Source: an uncultured Aliarcobacter sp. (lineage in GTDB: Bacteria > Campylobacterota > Campylobacteria > Campylobacterales > Arcobacteraceae). From it: DNA of 64,000 nucleotides. Position 1 is the first letter of the stretch. Every line of letters starts with the position of its first letter. Shown piece after piece: positions 11,435-20,128 of the stretch. The DNA lies in assembly GCA_963664305.2 (NCBI GenBank), contig CAXXLV010000001.1:128001-192000 (forward strand). Reading direction: 5' to 3'. A program made the translations under genes and the position numbers. The notes under the pieces were generated by a model. The model searched no databases and was not told the DNA's origin. It was given only the letters and a program-made list of their open reading frames with translations.

Positions 11435-11481
11435 TTCTAACAGAAAAACAAATAAAAATGATTTTAAATATGATTAAAAAG

Positions 11482-11556
11482 TGGATGGGGTAGAAGGATT
11501 CGAACCTTCGAATGACGGTACCAAAAACCGTTGCCTTACCGCTTGGCGATACCCCA
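11482..11556 (-). tRNA. tRNA-Gln(TTG)
   Basis: Cloverleaf, GGTTCGAATCC T-arm, anticodon TTG, encoded CCA. Confidence 0.97.
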
Positions 11557-11575
11557 ATAAAAGGTGATTAAAGAA

Positions 11576-11652
11576 TGGAGCTGGTGAAGGGAGTCGAACC
11601 CCCGACCTGCTGATTACAAATCAGCTGCTCTAGCCAACTGAGCTACACCAGC
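11576..11652 (-). tRNA. tRNA-Thr(TGT)
   Basis: Cloverleaf, anticodon TGT, encoded CCA. Confidence 0.97.
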
Positions 11653-11667
11653 ATTCTTTATTATAAA

Positions 11668-11744
11668 TGGTGTCAAGAGAGGGACTCGAACCCTCGACCT
11701 CCGGCTTATGAGACCAGCGCTCTAACCAGCTGAGCTACCTTGAC
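11668..11744 (-). tRNA. tRNA with CAT anticodon, probably elongator tRNA-Met
   Basis: Cloverleaf, CTCATAA loop, paired G1-C72; elongator assignment by exclusion. Confidence 0.9.
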
Positions 11745-11751
11745 ACAAAAT

Positions 11752-11828
<77 letters not shown>

Positions 11829-11864
11829 ATATATAAAAGAACTATCTTAACTTTAAAAGTTAAG

Positions 11865-11941
11865 TGGAGCGGGAGACGAGACTCGAACTCGCGACAGTCT
11901 GCTTGGAAGGCAGAAGCTCTAGCCAACTGAGCTACTCCCGC
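11865..11941 (-). tRNA. tRNA-Gly(TCC)
   Basis: Cloverleaf, anticodon TCC, encoded CCA. Confidence 0.97.
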
Positions 11942-11970
11942 ATAAACTTTAAAAACTCTTTATTTTTAAA

Positions 11971-11984
11971 GGACTGAAATTATA
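11971..11984 (-). promoter_or_regulatory. Sigma70 -10 (TATAAT) of the Gly-fMet-Met-Thr-Gln tRNA operon
   Basis: TATAAT followed by a GTCC-containing element; same layout upstream of tRNA-Ser at 58134-58147. Confidence 0.55.
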
Positions 11985-12028
11985 ATCGAATTATTATTAA
12001 AAAACACTTAATTAAAACTCTTATTACA

Positions 12029-12061
12029 AATAGATTATTAAAAAAATTTTAATAATCTATT
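12029..12061 (-). terminator. Hairpin downstream of dehydrogenase gene
   Basis: AATAGATTATTAAAA-AAA-TTTTAATAATCTATT perfect 15-bp arms just after the stop at 12074. Confidence 0.65.
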
Positions 12062-12073
12062 ATATTTGATATG

Positions 12074-13318
12074 TTATAACCTTGCATCAGCCTTTGGTAA
12101 AATTGATTTTATATCAAATACTACTTTATTATCAGTTGATATCTCTAATCCTCTATATTTCTCATGTCCTACAGCTACTATTATTGCTTTATAATCATTT
12201 AAATCATAATTTTCTATTAAATCTAAATCATATTCATGTTTTACTTCATTTTTATCTGCCCAATAATCTGCAACTTCAACAACACATCCATATTCTTGCA
12301 TTTCATGAATTATATCCACAACTTTTGTGTTTCTTACATCTGGGCAGTTTTCTTTAAATGTCATTCCTAGAACTAATACTTTTGAATCTTTTATTTGAAG
12401 ACCTTTTTTTATCATTAGTTTTATTGTTCTTTCTGCTATATATTTAGCCATTCCATTATTTATTTGTCTTGCACCTAAAATAAGGTTTGGTTTATATCCT
12501 AACTCTTCTGCTTTATAAGTTAAGTAATATGGGTCAACACCAATACAATGACCACCAACTAATCCTGGAGTTAGTTTAATAAAATTCCATTTAGTTGCTG
12601 CTGCTTCAATTACTTCATTTGTACTAATATTCATTGTATTAAAAATAAGTGATAATTCATTTATAAGAGCAATATTTACATCTCTTTGAGTATTCTCAAT
12701 AACTTTTGAAGCTTCTGCTACTTTAATTGAGCTTGCTTTGTGAGTACCTGCTATTATTATTGATTTATAAAGTTCATCTACAACATCTGCAATTTCAGGT
12801 GTACTTCCTGATGTTACTTTTAATATTTTTGTTACTGTATGTTCTTTATCTCCTGGATTTATTCTTTCAGGAGAATAACCACAATAAAAATCAGAATTAA
12901 ATTTTAATCCAGAAGTTTTTTCTAATTCAGGAACACATACTTCTTCTGTAACACCAGGATAAACTGTTGATTCATAGATTACTATATCATCTTTTTTTAA
13001 AACAAGTCCAACAGTTTGAGAAGATTTAATTAAAGGAGTTAAATCTGGTTTATTATTTTTATCAATAGGAGTTGGAACAGTTACTATGAATACATTACAA
13101 TCTTTAATATCATTTATATCTAAAGAAAATTTCATACCATTTTTAATTGCTTCATTCACTTGTATTTCATTTAATTCTTCTGTTCTATCAAATCCATTAT
13201 TTAATTCTTCTATTCTTTTTGCATTTATATCAAAGCCTACCACTTGATATTTTGAAGAAAAGGCATGAGCTAATGGTAAACCTACATATCCTAATCCTAT
13301 TACACAGATTTTTTTCAT
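12074..13318 (-). CDS. wbpO: UDP-N-acetylhexosamine 6-dehydrogenase (WbpO/TviB family), copy outside the island
   Basis: [41 protein letters not shown]; paralogue of 51175-52422. Confidence 0.88.
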   Translation of the reverse strand: MKKICVIGLGYVGLPLAHAFSSKYQVVGFDINAKRIEELNNGFDRTEELNEIQVNEAIKNGMKFSLDINDIKDCNVFIVTVPTPIDKNNKPDLTPLIKSSQTVGLVLKKDDIVIYESTVYPGVTEEVCVPELEKTSGLKFNSDFYCGYSPERINPGDKEHTVTKILKVTSGSTPEIADVVDELYKSIIIAGTHKASSIKVAEASKVIENTQRDVNIALINELSLIFNTMNISTNEVIEAAATKWNFIKLTPGLVGGHCIGVDPYYLTYKAEELGYKPNLILGARQINNGMAKYIAERTIKLMIKKGLQIKDSKVLVLGMTFKENCPDVRNTKVVDIIHEMQEYGCVVEVADYWADKNEVKHEYDLDLIENYDLNDYKAIIVAVGHEKYRGLEISTDNKVVFDIKSILPKADARL

Positions 13319-13490
13319 CTATTTTCTCTCTTATGTCTAATATAACTTTCTAAAATGATTTTATTTCATCTTAATATCAATTAATTCTTTAAATTATTCT
13401 CTTAATCAAATAAATTTTATACTATTTTTAAAATTATTTTAATCTAATCATATATAATTTATATGGAGTTTATGTTTTTGATTATATTTG

Positions 13491-13548
13491 AATTAATCTA
13501 ATAATCTTATTAGATTAATTTTATGATAACTAATGAGTTTTCATAAAA
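13491..13548. terminator. Two adjacent hairpins downstream of the pglF remnant
   Basis: AATTAATCTAATAA-TC-TTATTAGATTAATT (perfect 14-bp arms) and TTTTATGATAAC...GTTTTCATAAAA. Confidence 0.55.
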
Positions 13549-13558
13549 TATTTAGATA

Positions 13559-13714
13559 CTAGTTTAGCTGATGATTAAATTCAGGAACTATCTCTTTTAA
13601 TTTTGCTATTTTATCTTCACAAACTAATAACTCATCAATTTTTTGATTTAATTCATTTATATCAAAATAAGTTGGACTAGCAACTGTAATTGATTCATAT
13701 TTTGTTTTTTCGTC
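13559..13714 (-). pseudogene. pglF: 3' remnant (51 aa + stop) of a second pglF/wbpM-type dehydratase gene
   Basis: Translates DEKTKYESITVASPTYFDINELNQKIDELLVCEDKIAKLKEIVPEFNHQLN*; 12 mismatches in 153 nt versus 14096-14248 (manual count); no start codon or upstream part. Confidence 0.9.
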
Positions 13715-13715
13715 C

Positions 13716-13728
13716 TCATGAAGGACTC
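13716..13728 (-). repeat. att-core-like copy of tRNA 3' segment (TCATGAAGGACTC), left island boundary
   Basis: 13-nt exact match to 57764-57776 and 57935-57947, same orientation; lies 1 nt from the pglF breakpoint. Confidence 0.72.
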
Positions 13729-13773
13729 AAGGTTACGTTCAATACCCATTTTTACGATGTCTTTAGATTTTTC

Positions 13774-13920
13774 AGTACCGTCATAGTACCGCAAAAACTG
13801 TACATTTCGTAAAATCGTGCTTCTTTTATCATGATGCCAATAATAGGACTCAAAGATAGCCTAAAAATCGTTATTTTAAAGACTTTTTTATTTTTTTGTA
13901 CCGCAAACCATACCGTAAAA
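13774..13920 (+). repeat. Two pairs of (G/A)TACCG direct repeats, integrase arm-site-like
   Basis: AGTACCGTCA/AGTACCGCAA at 13774/13785; GTACCGCAAA/ATACCGTAAA at 13898/13910. Confidence 0.6.
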
Positions 13921-14089
13921 AATAAAAAGAACAATAATTAAATATTTTTTATATATTTACTCAAATAATTATTAAAATATGAATTATACAATTAACAAGT
14001 TATCCAAATAGCTTTTTACTTATAAAATAAAATTAAAGCCCATAAAATGGACTTATCCAGTTATCTTAGTTATCCAAGCGAATATATAT

Positions 14090-15859
14090 CTACAAATTCA
14101 GCTGATGGTTAAATTCTGGAACTATCTCTTTTAATTTTGCTATTTTATTTTCACAAACTAATAACTCTTCAATTTTTTGATTTAATTCATTTATATCAAA
14201 ATTAGTAGAACTTGCAACCGTAATTGATTCATATTTTGTTTTTTGGTCACTATCATTTATCAATAACTCTTCATATAGTTTTTCACCTGGTCTTAACCCA
14301 CAAAACTCTATATTTATTTCACTTCTTCCACTTAGTTCTATCATTTTCTTAGCTAAATCAACTATCTTTATAGGTTCACCCATATCAAGAATAAATATCT
14401 CTCCACCTTTTCCAATACTTGCTGCTTGAAGCACAAGTTCGCAGGCTTCTGGAATTAACATAAAATATCTAGTAATATCTGGATGTGTTACAGTTATTGG
14501 TCCACCTGCTTCTATTTGAGCTTTAAACTTTGGAATAACACTTCCACTACTTCCTAGAACATTTCCAAATCTAACAGCAACTATTTCTGTATTTTCTGAA
14601 TCTACATTCTGAGCATATAATTCACAAACTCTTTTTGTAGTCCCCATTACGTTTGTTGGACGAACAGCTTTATCTGTTGAGATTAAAACAAATTTTTCAA
14701 CTTTGTACCTTATAGATAAATCTATACAATTTTTAGTTCCAATTATATTATTTGAAATACCTTCTAAAATATTGTGTTCAACTAAAGGTACATGTTTATA
14801 AGCAGCTGCATGAATAACTATTTGTGGTTTATATTTTTCAAAGGTTCTTTCTAAAAACTCTGTTTTTCTAACTGTTTGCATAACTGGAATTACATTTTCA
14901 TCTTTTAATTCTTCCATTATAGAATAAAGATTAAACTCACTGTGATCTAAAAGTATTAATTGTTTTGCACCATAAGATTTACATTGTCTACTTATTTCAC
15001 TTCCAATACTTCCACCAGCACCAGTTATTAGAACTACTTTATCTTTAATAAAATTTTCTATTTGATTTTTATCTAAATCTTTTGGATGCCTTGCAAGTAA
15101 ATCTTCAACTCCTATATCTTTTAACTCTTTTTTATCATTTGAAGAAGAGAGTGTATTTATTATTTTTATATCTGAAATATTTAAAGCATTTAATTTTTCA
15201 TAAATATTTATTAACTCTTTTTGAGAATAATCTTTTGAAATAATTGCTGCTTCAATACTTTTTGTTTTTATAACTTTTTTTAAATCCTCAAAATCATAAA
15301 CTTTTAGATCAAAAATATATGTATTTTTTAATATTTTACTTTCATCAATTATAGCAACAGGTGTATAATGAAAATTTTTTTTATCACAAAGTAAATTCTT
15401 AACAGTAGAATTCGCTCCAATAATCAAAGTATTTTTATATTTTGTACTTCCAGCACTTTCTAAAATAATTCTTTTTGAAAGACGTAATAGTGTAATAAAA
15501 ACTAAAGAGAGCATAAAATCTATTATTATTATACTTCTAGCAAGTGGTTGCATATTTTCTTTAAAAATCAAAAATATTATAAAAAATATAGTATAAACAA
15601 TAATATGTGCCAATAGTATCTTTTTTACTTCATGTAAAGAAAAAAATCTCCAAGCAGTTCTATAAAGCCTAAAATAGACAAAAACTAAAATTTTCATTGA
15701 AAAAAGTATTATAAAAATTGAGAAAAAATTATCGATAAAATTTGATGGTATTTGAAAATTAAATCTTAGATTATATGCTAAATAGAGCGTAAAAAGTGAA
15801 ATAATAATATCACTTAACAAAAAAAATGCTATTCTTTTTAATGGAGATGGCTTTAGCAC
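14090..15859 (-). CDS. pglF: Membrane-anchored UDP-GlcNAc 4,6-dehydratase (PglF/WbpM/CapD)
   Basis: Four N-terminal TMs; TGAGGSIGSE, HAAAYKHVP, STDKAVRPTNVMG, RFGNVLGSSGSV, GLRPGEKLYEEL. Confidence 0.93.
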   Translation of the reverse strand: MLKPSPLKRIAFFLLSDIIISLFTLYLAYNLRFNFQIPSNFIDNFFSIFIILFSMKILVFVYFRLYRTAWRFFSLHEVKKILLAHIIVYTIFFIIFLIFKENMQPLARSIIIIDFMLSLVFITLLRLSKRIILESAGSTKYKNTLIIGANSTVKNLLCDKKNFHYTPVAIIDESKILKNTYIFDLKVYDFEDLKKVIKTKSIEAAIISKDYSQKELINIYEKLNALNISDIKIINTLSSSNDKKELKDIGVEDLLARHPKDLDKNQIENFIKDKVVLITGAGGSIGSEISRQCKSYGAKQLILLDHSEFNLYSIMEELKDENVIPVMQTVRKTEFLERTFEKYKPQIVIHAAAYKHVPLVEHNILEGISNNIIGTKNCIDLSIRYKVEKFVLISTDKAVRPTNVMGTTKRVCELYAQNVDSENTEIVAVRFGNVLGSSGSVIPKFKAQIEAGGPITVTHPDITRYFMLIPEACELVLQAASIGKGGEIFILDMGEPIKIVDLAKKMIELSGRSEINIEFCGLRPGEKLYEELLINDSDQKTKYESITVASSTNFDINELNQKIEELLVCENKIAKLKEIVPEFNHQLNL

Positions 15860-15873
15860 AAAACTGTCCTTAG

Positions 15874-16446
15874 TTAATAAAGTTTTGCATTATAATCAAA
15901 AGGTGATGAAATATCATTAAAATTTAATAATTTTTTATCAGCACTAGAGAGAATTACACAGTCTTTAGGTATTTTCCAATCAATATTCAAATATTTATCA
16001 TCATATTTTATTCCAATACTTTGGTCTGGTGCAAAATATCTATCTATTTTTATATTTACAATTGCATCATTACTCAAAACTGAAAAACCATGTAAAAATC
16101 CTCTTGGAATAAATAACTGTTTTTTGTTTTCACTACTTAATTCTATTGAAATATATTTTCCAAAAGTTGGACTCCCAACTCTAAAATCAACAGCAACATC
16201 TAAGATTTTACCTTGCAAAACACTAACAAGTTTTGATTGTACATAGTTTAAAGTGTTTGTATGTAGTCCTCGTATAACTCCATATTTACTATATGAAATA
16301 TTATCTTGACAAAAATCTATACTAAAACCTAAAAGATTTTCAAAAGACTCTTTTTTATAAGATTCATATACAAAACCTCTATCATCAGAATGAATTATTG
16401 GTTCACAAACTATAATTTCTGGAATTTGAGTTCTTTTATAGTTCAT
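15874..16446 (-). CDS. rmlC: RmlC-like nucleotide-sugar epimerase (cupin)
   Basis: DDRGF, QDNIS, IRGLH, KLV, DVAVDFRVGSPTFG, GFLHGF. Confidence 0.82.
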   Translation of the reverse strand: MNYKRTQIPEIIVCEPIIHSDDRGFVYESYKKESFENLLGFSIDFCQDNISYSKYGVIRGLHTNTLNYVQSKLVSVLQGKILDVAVDFRVGSPTFGKYISIELSSENKKQLFIPRGFLHGFSVLSNDAIVNIKIDRYFAPDQSIGIKYDDKYLNIDWKIPKDCVILSSADKKLLNFNDISSPFDYNAKLY

Positions 16447-17408
16447 TATTCAAATCTTTTTTTGCTATCTACAAACTTCATACTTAATATTAGTAAAATC
16501 ATGGATAAAATAAAAGCCACAAAAATATTTGATACAAAATAAACTATTAAAAATAGTATCAAATTTAACCCAATAGAATAATTTGTAACTTTATAATGAC
16601 TCCAACCTGCTTGTGTTAATCTTTGATAAGCATGTTTTTTATGAGCTTGTGATAATCTTTCACCATTTAATTTTCTTCTAATCAAAGTCAGAGTGGCATC
16701 AAACCAATAAACTCCAAATAATATAATCCATATCCAAAAGTTTGTTGATTCTTTATTTGCATAATATATTGTGAAAATTGCTATGTTATATCCAAGAAGA
16801 GTACTTCCAACATCTCCCATAAATATTTTAGCTTTATTCCAATTCCAATATAAAAATCCTAAAACAGCAACAGATAAAACTAAAAAGTAATTTCCACCAA
16901 ATAAAACAAATCCAGCAAAAGCTAAAAATACAGCTTCACTTCCTGCATAACCATTTATTCCATCTAAAAAGTTATAAAGATTTATAAACCAAATAATCAT
17001 AAAAAATGCAAAGATATTTGTAAATATTTGATTTGATATATCAAAAACACCAAAAGTAAAAGTTTCAAATCCACCTAAAAAGTATAATCCACTAATTGCT
17101 ACTAGAGATTGGATTATTAACCTTAACTTTGGACTTAATTCATATATATCATCAAAAAAACTTATTATAGAAATAATTGCACCACATAATAATGCATAAA
17201 AAAAATTTTGCTCAATTTGATTTGTAAAAAATAGATATATTAATCCAATAAACCAAGTAAATGATATAGCTATTCCTCCACCATGTGGTGTTGGTATTGT
17301 ATGAGAACTTCTTTCATTTACTGTGGCTACTAATGATTTTTTTATCATATAGTTTTTTATAAAATATGTAAGTGAAAATGAGACTAGAAGTAGCATGATG
17401 TAAATCAT
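16446..17408 (-). CDS. MraY/WecA/WbpL-family undecaprenyl-P HexNAc-1-P transferase
   Basis: RSSH.IPTPHGGG, DD, NLYNFLDGING, IFMGDVGS, AHKKHAYQRL; polytopic. Confidence 0.9.
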   Translation of the reverse strand: MIYIMLLLVSFSLTYFIKNYMIKKSLVATVNERSSHTIPTPHGGGIAISFTWFIGLIYLFFTNQIEQNFFYALLCGAIISIISFFDDIYELSPKLRLIIQSLVAISGLYFLGGFETFTFGVFDISNQIFTNIFAFFMIIWFINLYNFLDGINGYAGSEAVFLAFAGFVLFGGNYFLVLSVAVLGFLYWNWNKAKIFMGDVGSTLLGYNIAIFTIYYANKESTNFWIWIILFGVYWFDATLTLIRRKLNGERLSQAHKKHAYQRLTQAGWSHYKVTNYSIGLNLILFLIVYFVSNIFVAFILSMILLILSMKFVDSKKRFE

Positions 17409-18607
17409 AAATTATCCATAATATTTTTTAATTTTTCTTGTATTTTATCTTCCATAAAATTGTCTTCAACAAACTTTCTACCTTTATTTGAATACTTTTC
17501 ATAAAGTTTACTATCTTCTTTTAATTTCAAAATAGCCTTTTTTAATACTTCTTCATTATCACACTTTACAACAATGCCATTATCTGATAAAGAAACCAAG
17601 TCATTTTTTATATTCGTTGCATTTATGATAGGTTTATTAGAATACAAATATTCGACTAACTTCACCGATCCTATTCCATACTTATATATTTCTATGTTAG
17701 GATTACCTTTGTACAATACGTCACATTGTGACATTAAATACATAGTTTTATTTTTTTCTAATTTACCAAAAAAATTTATATTTTTTATATTATTTTTTTG
17801 TGTAAATTCTTTTAACTCATCTAATTGTGGTCCATCTCCAACCATCAAAAAAAAGATATCTGTATTTTCTTTTAGTAAATTAGCGGCTTTTATTAAATTT
17901 ATCACACTATTTGAGTGACCAATACTACCAATATATCCTACAATAAACTTATTTTTTGGTAAATCTATATCAAATTTTTCAAGCACAAATGGAACAAATG
18001 GCTGAGGAAGATACTCTATTTTTTTATTTTTATATCCACTTTTATCTACAAATTCTTTTAAGTTATCAAGAGGAGTTATTATCAAATCACTTTGTTTATA
18101 TGCTTGAAGTTGCAAATATCTAAATACTATACTCAAAGGATTATATTTACTAACACCATTTAGTATTTGTAAAGTAAGTGGCCAAATATCTCTTTCTTCA
18201 AAAATAAATTTGCTTTTAAAATAATTTTTTATTTTTATACCATTGTATATACTAAAAGGCTGAGGAGAAGAAACCCAAATAATATCAGGCTTAACATCAA
18301 AATCTTTATAGATATTATTCAAATTCTTTGAAAATTCAAATATATTTTTTATTCTATCTAATCCATTAGCTTGATATTCTTGTGTTTTTACCCAAATATA
18401 TTTTATATCATTATGAAATTCTTCTTTATAAATATCTCTTACTTCAACTTCTTTTAGTTTTAAATGATTAAAAGAAGAAGCAAAAATTGTAACTTCATAG
18501 CCTAAATTTTTTAACATTTTTGCTATTGTATGTTGTCGAGTATGAAATCCATATCCATATGGAAAAGCGTAGTGATTTATAATCCAAATTTTTTTTTTAT
18601 TTTCCAT
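17405..18607 (-). CDS. GT4 glycosyltransferase (WbuB-like)
   Basis: WIINHYA, SSPQPF, EERDIWP, VGDGP, KLVEY; start placed at ATG 18607. Confidence 0.85.
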   Translation of the reverse strand: MENKKKIWIINHYAFPYGYGFHTRQHTIAKMLKNLGYEVTIFASSFNHLKLKEVEVRDIYKEEFHNDIKYIWVKTQEYQANGLDRIKNIFEFSKNLNNIYKDFDVKPDIIWVSSPQPFSIYNGIKIKNYFKSKFIFEERDIWPLTLQILNGVSKYNPLSIVFRYLQLQAYKQSDLIITPLDNLKEFVDKSGYKNKKIEYLPQPFVPFVLEKFDIDLPKNKFIVGYIGSIGHSNSVINLIKAANLLKENTDIFFLMVGDGPQLDELKEFTQKNNIKNINFFGKLEKNKTMYLMSQCDVLYKGNPNIEIYKYGIGSVKLVEYLYSNKPIINATNIKNDLVSLSDNGIVVKCDNEEVLKKAILKLKEDSKLYEKYSNKGRKFVEDNFMEDKIQEKLKNIMDNL

Positions 18608-19505
18608 ATTCAATTCTCTTTTTTACTTTGAGTAAATTTCTCAAATCTAAGCTCTCTAATCCCATAATTTTTTTATTATCTTCAACATCTCCTATAATTA
18701 TGGTACCAATCCCAATAGTTACATAATTTCCTATTTTAACTTTTTGAATAATACTAGAATTTGGACCAATCCAACAATTTTGTCCAATCGTTACAGAACC
18801 ACTTATCTCTACACATGCTGTTATAATGGTATTTTTACCAATTTTACAATTATGAGCTATATGAACTTGATCATCAGTTTTTACATTATTTTCAATTATT
18901 GTTGTCCCTAATGTAGCTCTTGCTATTGTATTTTTTGCCCCTATCTCTACATTATTTCCTATTATTACATTACCAATATGAGGAATTCTAACAGGAGTAC
19001 CATTTTCTTCAAAATCAAATCCAAATCCATCTTCACCTATAATTGTACCTGACTTTATATAACAACTTTTACCTATAACTGTGTTATCATAAATCACTAC
19101 ATTATTGTTCAGTACTGTACCTTCAGCTATTTTTACACTATCACCTATAATACAGTTAGATCCGATAGAAACATTTTTGGCAATCTCACAATTTTTACCT
19201 ATTTTCACACTGCTATCTATATTATAATCTATTTTTTTTATAAAAAATTCATTAACAACCTTTGCAAAGCTAAGTCTAGGATTATCAACACATATATATG
19301 AAAAAGACACATTATCATACTTTGTATCTTTTGGAAGTAAAATGAGTGATTCTACCTCTATTTTTACATTTTTAGTTTTTGAAAAACTAAAAGAATAATG
19401 TTCCAAATCATTTAATGGCTTCACATATTTTAAAACTATATTCTCACCAACTAATTCTTCATTTAAAAAGTCAGCTATCTCTTTTGCTTCTACTCGATAA
19501 CCCAT
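18597..19505 (-). CDS. LpxD-like hexapeptide N-acyltransferase
   Basis: NPRLSF, IGEDGFGF, GNVIIGNNVEIGA, VHIAHNCKIG; left-handed beta-helix repeats. Confidence 0.82.
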   Translation of the reverse strand: MGYRVEAKEIADFLNEELVGENIVLKYVKPLNDLEHYSFSFSKTKNVKIEVESLILLPKDTKYDNVSFSYICVDNPRLSFAKVVNEFFIKKIDYNIDSSVKIGKNCEIAKNVSIGSNCIIGDSVKIAEGTVLNNNVVIYDNTVIGKSCYIKSGTIIGEDGFGFDFEENGTPVRIPHIGNVIIGNNVEIGAKNTIARATLGTTIIENNVKTDDQVHIAHNCKIGKNTIITACVEISGSVTIGQNCWIGPNSSIIQKVKIGNYVTIGIGTIIIGDVEDNKKIMGLESLDLRNLLKVKKRIEYGK

Positions 19506-20128
19506 CTAATTACCTCAAAACTTTCTGCATAATGGGTACCTATTTGTATACCTCTAGTTCTAGCAAGAGAAAATATAAACTCTTCACTCATATAATCTCT
19601 TTGACCTTGTGATTTATACTCTTTTAAAGCATCACTCTTTGATTGAATATGCTTTTTGTCAAGTTTTATAAATGTTGTAGTATCAAAAGTAAGATTATTC
19701 CATATAAGTTCATATCCTAATATTGTAGTATTCTTAAAAGCTCTCAAGCCCTCTTGCGCTATTGTACTGTGGTCTTGATGTATATCGTTTAATGATGGCA
19801 TAAGTACTAAATCAGGCTTTAAATTTTTTCTATGCTTTATCAGATCTTCAAGTATCTCTTGCCTAGCATAGTTAAGCTTTCTTACTTCATAATTGTAAAT
19901 AATTACATTTTCTTTTTTAATACCTAATTTTGTTGTAGCATTTACTACTTCAATTTTAAGTATATCTTTTGGAAAACCTTCTGGTACTGAGGTTTCCGCC
20001 GTAGAAAATGCAAAATAATAAACATTTGCACCTAATTCTATAAGTTTATTTATAGTTCCACCTGCACCTAATTCTCCATCATCTGTATGGGGTGCTAATA
20101 CATATACATTTTTAAACTTATTTAACAT
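19490..20128 (-). CDS. PIG-L/LmbE family N-deacetylase
   Basis: APHTDDGELGAGG and HQDH metal-binding motifs. Confidence 0.88.
   Translation of the reverse strand: MLNKFKNVYVLAPHTDDGELGAGGTINKLIELGANVYYFAFSTAETSVPEGFPKDILKIEVVNATTKLGIKKENVIIYNYEVRKLNYARQEILEDLIKHRKNLKPDLVLMPSLNDIHQDHSTIAQEGLRAFKNTTILGYELIWNNLTFDTTTFIKLDKKHIQSKSDALKEYKSQGQRDYMSEEFIFSLARTRGIQIGTHYAESFEVIRWVIE

Noticed and set aside
13519..13548. Palindrome containing ATGAAAAC, resembling a XerH difH site
   Set aside because: Spacer between the TGAAAA-like arms is 8 bp rather than 6; its position just after a stop codon fits a terminator
13716..13920. CRISPR array or integron attC array
   Set aside because: Only two units, conserved parts are short and split, no cas or intI genes, no attC-type palindromes
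13752..13934. 60-aa ORF in the track
   Set aside because: Overlies the att/arm repeats, no recognisable motifs; better explained as non-coding junction DNA
13998..14077. TTATCCA repeats as DnaA boxes/oriC
   Set aside because: None matches TTATCCACA and no dnaA/dnaN nearby; kept only as an unexplained repeat cluster
18589..18598. A10 tract near a GT start (also 9-mers at 32285 and 46081) as phase-variation sites
   Set aside because: A/T runs of this length are expected in such AT-rich DNA; frames are intact; no long poly-G/C tracts seen
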